64,000 bases of DNA from Nitrospirota bacterium (lineage in GTDB: Bacteria; Nitrospirota; UBA9217), in contig CAVVUN010000012.1 of assembly GCA_963751455.1 (NCBI GenBank), forward strand, positions 224,001 through 288,000, given 5' to 3'. Below are positions 30,873-38,522 of this stretch, piece by piece. A model generated the notes under the pieces. It searched no databases. It saw only the letters and a list, made by a program, of their open reading frames with translations, and was not told the DNA's origin. Numbering within the stretch: position 1 is the stretch's first letter; each line of letters begins with the position of its first letter. A program made the translations under genes and the position numbers.

Positions 30873-31058
30873 GGCGAATTTCTCCTTTCGATTGTTTCGT
30901 TAATTTAATTATACATGCTGGAGGACAGAGGTGCCTTGTCGGTGTCGCTTCGCGTCTGTAGGGACATGATGAGGACCTGGCAATCAGTGAAGCGGTCAGG
31001 AGTGGATTGGAAATGTAACTGGCCTATTTAACAAGGCCACTCGGGACACTACGTCCCC

Positions 31059-31471
31059 GCTCCGGTTCCGAAAGCTTTTTCATGGCTTTTATTTTAACAG
31101 GGTTCAAGTGAATGTAGCGTGAGAGGACGGAAAGATATTCGTTCTTATCCACGAGAACGCTTTTGTATCTGCCTTGGTACAGATGTCCGACCCGGTCATG
31201 GCGACGATTGTAATAACCGGTATAGGTTATGTTAAACTTGCGCATAAACTCGGAAAGGTTGGCTTTGGGGGTTTCGAGAAGCAGATGAAAATGGTTGGAC
31301 ATAAGGACGTAACTGTAAAACTTGATTGAGTAGATATTTATCGACTGAACCAGGTATCTGAAGAAACCGTTTCCGATCCTCATCATCCTTGAATATAGCC
31401 TGTCGTTCATTTCCGCGGCAAGTAACATGATAGACTGCATTGGGGTATTGTATTCGAAGGGGGCGCGCCAT
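31059..31471 (-). pseudogene. RAYT-type Y1 transposase, frameshifted and 3'-truncated
   Basis: MARPLRIQYPNAVYHVTCRGNERQAIF / YVLMSNHFHLLLETP..GHLYQGRYKS..RYIHLNPV; +1 frameshift near 31353; breaks at the site 31035-31058. Confidence 0.9.
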
Positions 31472-31529
31472 GTCCGATCATGGCAGAAAGGAGTAAACTT
31501 GTCAACAGCAAAGATTTGACCCTAATGAC

Positions 31530-31940
31530 CTCAAGATGCTCATCAGTCATTTCATGGATCCGGATGCCGTGCGAGGGATTGTCGATGATGACTTCATGCC
31601 GGCCGTATCCGTCAATGGCCTGCTGGAGTCCGAAAGCGAAGTTCGGATTCTCTTTGTCGTCGCCCAGGACCGGAAACATATTCTCCACGATCCTGATCTG
31701 CCATGCTCCTTCACGGGGAAATACCGCGATAGGCGCAGGTGTCTTGTCCTCGTTTCCCGTGCAAAAGGGACAGGCCTCCACATACGGGCGCGCGTCGTGC
31801 GGCACAGGGGGCTCTTCTTTTTTCGGGCGCATACTGCGCGCTGTGGCCACAAGCACCGACTCGGTCGGCACGATCGGGTTTATTCTGATTTCCCGAATCG
31901 CCTTTTTCTGTTCTGTCTTCTCTGAGTCACGCATCAGCAT
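31530..31940 (-). pseudogene. galT: N-terminal fragment of galactose-1-phosphate uridylyltransferase
   Basis: ATARSMRP, CPFCTGNEDKTP, RIVENMFP, GYGRHEVII..H; cut at the RAYT left end. Confidence 0.8.
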
Positions 31941-32037
31941 GTTCCCCGTTCCGCGAGCACTAAAAATAGCGATCTACTGAAAGGCGAGGATAACGCATTT
32001 TGAATGAAGGGACAAGGGAATTTTATCAATTGCGGAT

Positions 32038-32101
32038 CATTCGACAGGACTTCGGCAAGCTCAGTCGAGGGCGCTCATGATGGTGAGCAACGTCGAACCA
32101 T
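32038..32101. repeat. REP-like palindromic cluster
   Basis: ttcgac..cttcggcaagctcagtcgag..gctcatgatggtgagc..gtcgaa nested inverted arms. Confidence 0.55.
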
Positions 32102-32373
32102 TGCGGATTGTGGAATGTTGGAACATTCTGGAGTGAGCGGTAGCGAGCGAATTCGTTTTTGCATTTCCAGAACCCCCTGCATCCCGTGCAACCGCCTGCA
32201 TTCGCGCTATGCACTGCTTAGACTCATTGTCGTACCATCTCAATAGATAAACTCCCCTCACCCCTGCCCTTCTCCCCTGGAGGGAGAGGGAAAAAGGGAG
32301 AGGGGGCTTTATTATCTGCGAGACGGGAACCAAGGGTGAAGCATAGACCCGTTATAAACCCGATAAAACCTCC

Positions 32374-32402
32374 TTGACAAAAAAAATGCCTATTTGTATA
32401 AT
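32374..32402 (+). promoter_or_regulatory. Consensus sigma70 promoter
   Basis: TTGACA-N17-TATAAT. Confidence 0.85.
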
Positions 32403-32589
32403 CCTACCTCCACGATAGCAGCCTTCCTAAATCACGATAGCATTCACGGTTTAGCGTTGAATTTTTGTCGATCATGAGTAGTTTCTGCAAAGCTTTACCG
32501 AAGCGCATCGTGTCCTTCACGTCATAAATCTTCTGAATACTGACAACGCATATCAAGTGTACTGCTTTAAAAATAAACAGGAGGTCTCT

Positions 32590-33003
32590 ATGAAGCAGCG
32601 GCTTGCGGCATTATTGTTTTTCGTATTTCTCGCACTTTCAAGTGCGGCATGGGCGGACCCGCCTATTTCCGTCACTCACACCATGACGGACTTCAGCACT
32701 GGCCTGGATACGGTTGTTGTGAGTTACAGTCTTACGGTCAAGAATTCCGGGACGAGCACCCTCTCCAATCTGGTTTTGTCTCTTGACCCGGTTCCTCTCA
32801 TGAGCCGGGACCGGACCGTTCTGAACGTCGCGTCACTGGCGCCGCAGCAGCAAATGCAGCTCCCCGTTACCGTAACCAGTTCCATGGTCCTCGAGCAGAG
32901 TGATTTCCGTCAGTTGCATCTTTTCTGGGACTATGAAGGAGAGATTGCTGAGAATGGTCCGGTAAAGGATCTTGCTGTTTCGGTTGAGGGAGGTGCGTTA
33001 TGA
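32590..33003 (+). CDS. Small secreted Ig-like (CARDB/DUF11-like) protein
   Basis: RBS AGGAGG, signal peptide ending AWA, YSLTVKNSG.STLSNL; stop overlaps the next start (ATGA). Confidence 0.7.
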   Translation: MKQRLAALLFFVFLALSSAAWADPPISVTHTMTDFSTGLDTVVVSYSLTVKNSGTSTLSNLVLSLDPVPLMSRDRTVLNVASLAPQQQMQLPVTVTSSMVLEQSDFRQLHLFWDYEGEIAENGPVKDLAVSVEGGAL

Positions 33004-36000
33004 GACGCTCCCTGCCCGGACTTATTGCGGAGAAGCGCGGCCTGCTTTCAGCAATCTCGCTTTTCATTCTGTTCTTTCTGTCCATCCCGTCCCTTTCTCA
33101 GGCCGTTCCCTGCGCTGAGTCTGCTACCATTGCCGCGGGCGGGGCTATTTCAGTCGGCATTAAAGAGGATGGAACGGTCGCGGCTGTCGGTTATGACGCC
33201 GATGGCCAATTGAAGGTCTTCTCGTGGACGAACATCAAGTCCGTTGCAGCAGCCGACCGTCATGTGGTCGGTCTTAAAGACGATGGAACAGTCGTGGCTG
33301 TCGGTAATAACACCTATGGCCAGCTGAATGTGTCCTCGTGGACGAATATTATCGCGATTGCTGCAGGCCTGTATCACACGGTGGGGGTCAAGGAGGACGG
33401 CACGGTCGTGGCGGTCGGGCGAGACAATTACGGCCAGATAGAGGTGTCGTCGTGGACGAATATCATCGCGATTGCTGCCGACTCGGTTCATACGGTCGGC
33501 CTTAAATCCGACGGCACAGTCGTTGGGGCCGGATTCAATTCCTATGGTCAGCTGAATTTTTCTTCATGGAATCACATAAAGGACATTGCAACAGGCGATT
33601 TTCACACGGTCGGTCTTAAAGAGGACGGGACCGTCGTGGCGGTCGGTGATAACAACCAGGGCCAGATGAATGTGGGCTCGTGGACGAATATTACGGCCAT
33701 TGCAGCCGGCTGGGAGCATACCGTGGGGCTTAAAGCCGACGGCACAGCCGTTGCTGTCGGATCCAACGATTCAGGGACCGGCGAGTCGAATGTGTCCTCG
33801 TGGACGAACCTTACGGCCATTGCGGCGGGCTCGACTCATACGATCGGTCTTAAAGCGGATGGAACGGTTGTGGGCGCCGGAAATAACAGCTATGGCCAGT
33901 TGAATATTCCATGGTTGAACATAACTGCCGTAGCAGCAGGCACCAACCATACGGTCGCGGTTAAAGAGGATGGAACAGTCATAGGTTTCGGACTGAGAGA
34001 GTCGGGCCAGTTGCTGGTCACGTCGTGGACAGGCATCAAGGCCGTTGCAGGAGGCAACTTTCATACAGCCGGCCTGAAAGCGGATGGAACCGTGGTGGCT
34101 ACGGGAAGCAACACGTACGGCCAGTTGAATGTCTCCTCCTGGACGAATATAGCCGCTATTTCCGCAGCCGCACTGCAGACAGTCGGCCTGAGGCAGGATG
34201 GAACAGTCGTGGGCTCCGGAAATTACAATTCAGGCCAGTTGAACTTCTCCTCCTGGGCGAACATCAAAGCAGTTGCGGCAGGCTACTATCACACGGTCGG
34301 ACTTAAACAGGACGGAACAGTTGTGGCTGTCGGAAATAACACGTACGGCCCCGGCCAGTTGAACGTCACCTCGTGGACGAACATCAAGGGGATTGCCGCT
34401 GGCTACGCTCACACCGTGGGACTGAAAGAGGACGGAACAGTCGTGGCCGTCGGAAAAAATGATTATGGACAGTTGAATGTCTCCGGCTGGACGCACATCA
34501 AGGCGATAGCAGCAGGCTACAGCCATACGGTGGGACTGAAAGAGGATGGAACAGTCGTGGCTGTCGGAAAAAATGTTTATGGACAGTTGAATGTCTCCGG
34601 CTGGACGCACATCATTGCCGTTGCCGGAGGCTACAACCACACGGTTGGGCTTAAAGAGGACGCTACAGTCGTGGCAGCGGGCGACAGCAGGTATGATCAG
34701 ACAAATGTGTCCTGGACGATTATCAGGCAGCCTGTCTGCGGGGGCCGGGACGCCACGCCGCCCGTCACAACCGCTATCGTAAGCGGGACAGCGGGCGCGA
34801 ACGGATGGTACGTCTCGGACGTTTCAGTCTCCTTAACTGCAACAGACACGGGCTCGGGAGTTAAGGAGATCCACTACACTCTTGACGGAACCGAGACTGT
34901 CGTGCCGTCGAGCACCGCGTCGTTTACCGTAAGCGGGGACCGCCGGCACACCGCTCCCTATTACGCAAAGGACAACGCCGGCAATAGCGAGGATCCGCCG
35001 CATGATCTCGCAATCAATATTGACACGATGCCGCCCGCCATCTCGGCGTCCACCCTCCCGCTTCCGAATAAGAATGCGTGGAACAACACCGATGTGACCG
35101 TAACGTTCACCTGCAATGATACCGGGTCCGGGATTGCATCCTGCACTGCTCCGGTAACCGCCTCCGCTGAAACGCAGGGCCGGGAAGTGAGCGGAACGGC
35201 TGTCGACAACGCGGGCCTTACAGCAACAACCTCGGTCACGATAAAACTCGACAAGACCCCTCCGGTGATCAAGACGACGATCACACCGGCTCCGAACACG
35301 TACGGGTGGAACAAAACGGATGTTACCGTAGCATTCGAATGTATTGACAACGGGTCAGGCATTGCTTCCTGTCCCGCTTTTGCATTCTTCAACGCCGAAG
35401 CACCCAACCAGACAACTACCGGCACGGCCTATGACCTGGCAGACAACAACACCCCGACGACGGTGACGGTGAATATCGACAAAACACCGCCTTCGATAAC
35501 GGCAACCGTCACGCCGGCTCCGAACTCAAATGGATGGAACAACACCGATGTCATGGTCACGTTCACCTGTGCCGATTCCGGGTCGGGGATCGCATCCTGC
35601 CCTGCTCCGGTAACCGTCCCCTATGAAACGCCGGGGCAGGAGGTGAGTGGAACAGCAGTAGACAAGGCGGGGCTTACTGCAACTGCCTCGGTCACGATAA
35701 AACTCGACAAGACCCCTCCGGCTATCACAATCACCGGGATCAGCAATGGAGGGACCTATCTTCTCGGCGGGGTGCCTGTTGCCGGCTATTCACTAACTGA
35801 CAATCTTTCAGGCGTGGCCGGTCAAAACGCATCATTGGCCGGTGGAGATGCGAACGGGGTAGGAACATATACGTATACCGTCAGCGCGACAGACCGGTCC
35901 GGAAATACGTCGCAGACGAGCGCAACCTATACGGTGACATACGCTTTCGGCGGTTTTCTCACGCCGGTCAGTCTTAACAAACCGTTTAAGCTGGGGAGCA

Positions 36001-36290
36001 CGATACCGGTGAAGTTCCAGTTGATGAATGCAGGCGGAGAATATATTTCCTCGGCCCGCGCCGCGCTTACCCTGCAGAAATACTCCGATGATCAGCCGGC
36101 TGGAGATCCGATAGATGCAACGTCCACCAGCGGGGCGGACACGGGCAACCTTTTCAGATATAATTCCACGGACAACATATATATTTTCAACCTGAGTACA
36201 GCCGGGCTGACAAGCGGCACGTGGCTCGTCAACGCAACGCTGGATGATGGGACGATAAGGACTGCGTTTATTTATCTTAAGACAAATTAA
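33000..36290 (+). CDS. Secreted RCC1-repeat protein with Ig-like stalk and C-terminal PxKF domain
   Basis: 14 repeats of (H)TVGLKxDGTVVAxG.N.YGQLNV..W; stalk GWNNTDV modules; PFKLGSTIPVKFQL. Confidence 0.92.
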   Translation: MRRSLPGLIAEKRGLLSAISLFILFFLSIPSLSQAVPCAESATIAAGGAISVGIKEDGTVAAVGYDADGQLKVFSWTNIKSVAAADRHVVGLKDDGTVVAVGNNTYGQLNVSSWTNIIAIAAGLYHTVGVKEDGTVVAVGRDNYGQIEVSSWTNIIAIAADSVHTVGLKSDGTVVGAGFNSYGQLNFSSWNHIKDIATGDFHTVGLKEDGTVVAVGDNNQGQMNVGSWTNITAIAAGWEHTVGLKADGTAVAVGSNDSGTGESNVSSWTNLTAIAAGSTHTIGLKADGTVVGAGNNSYGQLNIPWLNITAVAAGTNHTVAVKEDGTVIGFGLRESGQLLVTSWTGIKAVAGGNFHTAGLKADGTVVATGSNTYGQLNVSSWTNIAAISAAALQTVGLRQDGTVVGSGNYNSGQLNFSSWANIKAVAAGYYHTVGLKQDGTVVAVGNNTYGPGQLNVTSWTNIKGIAAGYAHTVGLKEDGTVVAVGKNDYGQLNVSGWTHIKAIAAGYSHTVGLKEDGTVVAVGKNVYGQLNVSGWTHIIAVAGGYNHTVGLKEDATVVAAGDSRYDQTNVSWTIIRQPVCGGRDATPPVTTAIVSGTAGANGWYVSDVSVSLTATDTGSGVKEIHYTLDGTETVVPSSTASFTVSGDRRHTAPYYAKDNAGNSEDPPHDLAINIDTMPPAISASTLPLPNKNAWNNTDVTVTFTCNDTGSGIASCTAPVTASAETQGREVSGTAVDNAGLTATTSVTIKLDKTPPVIKTTITPAPNTYGWNKTDVTVAFECIDNGSGIASCPAFAFFNAEAPNQTTTGTAYDLADNNTPTTVTVNIDKTPPSITATVTPAPNSNGWNNTDVMVTFTCADSGSGIASCPAPVTVPYETPGQEVSGTAVDKAGLTATASVTIKLDKTPPAITITGISNGGTYLLGGVPVAGYSLTDNLSGVAGQNASLAGGDANGVGTYTYTVSATDRSGNTSQTSATYTVTYAFGGFLTPVSLNKPFKLGSTIPVKFQLMNAGGEYISSARAALTLQKYSDDQPAGDPIDATSTSGADTGNLFRYNSTDNIYIFNLSTAGLTSGTWLVNATLDDGTIRTAFIYLKTN

Positions 36291-36378
36291 GACAGGGAAA
36301 TCGGGATAGCCGGAGTCTGATCAGTCAGTAACGAAGGCGGTTTCCGGCCAGGTGCAGGCTATAATTTCAATCTGATTG

Positions 36379-36416
36379 AAGAGAAGGATCGTGAACATTC
36401 ACGATCCTTCTCTTTT
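36379..36416 (+). terminator. Rho-independent terminator
   Basis: aagagaaggatcgtgaa-ca-ttcacgatccttctctttt. Confidence 0.9.
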
Positions 36417-36417
36417 G

Positions 36418-36500
36418 GTCCGCCCGCAGGGGCACTCACTCGAAGGTGCAAGTCCCCTACGGACATTGATGACGGGAACCGTTAGCCGAACCGCAAGGGC
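36418..36500 (+). mobile_element. 5' fragment of a group IIC intron
   Basis: GTCCGCCCG start, GGTGCAAGTCC loop, AACCGTTAGCCGAACCGCAAGGG; located directly after a terminator. Confidence 0.75.
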
Positions 36501-36501
36501 C

Positions 36502-36660
36502 TTTATCCCTACATCAAAACTTAAATGATAAAGCTGCCAATAAATACCGTTCGTTAATAAGACCCAAGGAATTCCTGAATTGGCGCATAGTTTTCTGCTT
36601 GTTCTATGTTTTTCTTTCAAAGCTATTCCGGCTTGCTTAACGGAGACCGTGAATCTGGCG
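36502..36660 (-). pseudogene. Type I restriction enzyme HsdR N-terminal-like fragment
   Basis: K.AGIALKEKH..ANSGIPWVLLTNGIYWQLYHL. Confidence 0.65.
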
Positions 36661-36968
36661 AGAGCCGACATCCTTCCGAACGACATTTATAGGATAGTAG
36701 AATCTGGCGATTTATCGCATCTTCTTTGATCCACGAAAACTTGCCTTTTGATATTAATAATAAAATCTGCGAGGTATATTTATAATATTATCCCGGTTCA
36801 ATTGGAAATTAATATTGATCGTAAGTCAAACGAACGCTCTCGATCAAAAAAGGAAAGGAGGCAACTGCTCAGGTCATTTTTCAATCCGCAGATTACAGAG
36901 ATTTCGCAGATGAAAGCAAATGAGTCTGGTTTTAAAAAGCTGACTAATTACGAAAGGAGAATAAAGCT

Positions 36969-37322
36969 ATGAAATTGATACGGATGGTTTTACTTGTTAC
37001 GTCAGCTCTTGTCGTTATGGTCTCTCTGGTTCTTGCTCAAGGCACTGTGGAAAAAGGAAAGGCCCTCTTCAATGACCCTAAGGCCTTCAGCGCACCGGGC
37101 GAAAAATCATGTAGTTCCTGCCATCCGGATGGAAAAGGATTAGAGAAAGCAGGAGCGCCCGGCAGGAAAGACTGGACGAATCCGGGAGGGAAATGGCTCT
37201 CGCTTGAAGATGCCAACAATGTCTGCATCATGATGGCAAACAAGGGGAAGACTATCGATCCCAGATCGGATGAAATGAAGGATTTAGTCGCCTATATGAA
37301 GTCCTTGGGAAAAAATAAATAA
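36969..37322 (+). CDS. Periplasmic monoheme cytochrome c
   Basis: Signal peptide, KGKALFNDP, CSSCH, distal SLEDANNVCI. Confidence 0.9.
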   Translation: MKLIRMVLLVTSALVVMVSLVLAQGTVEKGKALFNDPKAFSAPGEKSCSSCHPDGKGLEKAGAPGRKDWTNPGGKWLSLEDANNVCIMMANKGKTIDPRSDEMKDLVAYMKSLGKNK

Positions 37323-37503
37323 ACGAAGCCGGTGTTTCCTGGACCGGGATATTAAGGGAGGGGCTTAGTCCCTCCCTTCCCCCTGATCCGGGGCTCTATC
37401 TTGTCTGTGTCGGATACAACTCCGGAAAGAACCATTCCGCCGCATGAATGGGGAACCCTAATTTCACTCTCTATTTATAAGCAAAGCTCCTGCCCGGGCT
37501 TGC

Positions 37504-38343
37504 TTACTGAATTGTTGTTTTTGGCTGAAGAATATAACTTTCTCCGGGTTTAAGAACGACAATCTCCACTTCGGGCGCCACTTTTTTGGCCTGCGCTACA
37601 AACTGCTCGGGACTCGACACGAGCATCGGGAAGGTGCCGTAATGCATGGGCATTGCTTTTCCCGGCTTGAGAAGCCTCAGGCTTTCGGCCGCCTGCACGG
37701 CATCCATCGTGAACGCACCGCCGATCGGCAACAAGGCCATATCCATCGGATACAGTGTTCCATAGATCTGCATATCGCTGAAAATTGCGGTATCGCCGGC
37801 ATGGTAAATAGTTGCTCCGCCGGGGAATGTTATAATGTGGCCAACGGCCGCACCGGAGTCCGAGGAGTGGACGGCAGGAGTCATAACGAGAATAATTCCA
37901 TTCACGTTTATTGGTCCGCCGATACCCCTGCCATAGCCGCCGAACAGGACATTCTGCGGTGGCAGGCCCTCAGCTATAAGCTTTTGAGCGGTTTCATATT
38001 CGGCCACGACAATTGCCCCGGTGTTCTTTGCAATCGCTATCGTGTCTCCCGCGTGAATCGTTTTTCCCTCGCTATCATACGTATCTCCCACGTGATCGAA
38101 ATGATCATGGCTGATAAAAATCAGATCTGCAACCTTAATGTCGTTAACCTTAATAATGCCCTGGGCTGCAGGATTGTAGGTGATCCAGGGATCTATCAGG
38201 ACAGTCTTTCCGCCTGATTCCAGCTTAAAAGCGGATTGGCCCCAATACGTCATGGTAACATCGCCTGTTCCGGCATACGCTGCCGAGAACAGAAACATCG
38301 TAAGAACAGCCATTGTTGCGAACACTGACAAAAGTTTTTTCAT
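37504..38343 (-). CDS. Exported metallo-beta-lactamase-fold hydrolase (UPF0173-like)
   Basis: SHDHFDH, YHAGDT, PMHYGTF; signal peptide. Confidence 0.9.
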   Translation of the reverse strand: MKKLLSVFATMAVLTMFLFSAAYAGTGDVTMTYWGQSAFKLESGGKTVLIDPWITYNPAAQGIIKVNDIKVADLIFISHDHFDHVGDTYDSEGKTIHAGDTIAIAKNTGAIVVAEYETAQKLIAEGLPPQNVLFGGYGRGIGGPINVNGIILVMTPAVHSSDSGAAVGHIITFPGGATIYHAGDTAIFSDMQIYGTLYPMDMALLPIGGAFTMDAVQAAESLRLLKPGKAMPMHYGTFPMLVSSPEQFVAQAKKVAPEVEIVVLKPGESYILQPKTTIQ

Positions 38344-38522
38344 TTTCGTTTTCTTCTTTTTTTTAAAGTAAAAGCCGGGCAGGAGCTGTTAAAAACAGTT
38401 CGCATTTTAAAAAACAATACCCACAGATAGCTTACGGATTTAATTGAGTCGGATAAAAATAGGATCACATTGAAAAGAAAGGAATTTTGCAGATGGGAAT
38501 TTCGATTGTGTGGAGGGGATTA

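Noticed and set aside
3500-31500. Classical integron or superintegron
   Set aside because: No tyrosine recombinase, no RYYYAAC..GTTRRRY attC pattern recognised, and the cargo genes lie in both orientations.
32405-32515. c-di-GMP/c-GAMP (GEMM) riboswitch
   Set aside because: The CACGATA start is similar, but the P2 GNRA-receptor and GCAAAG..CC core are not recognisable.
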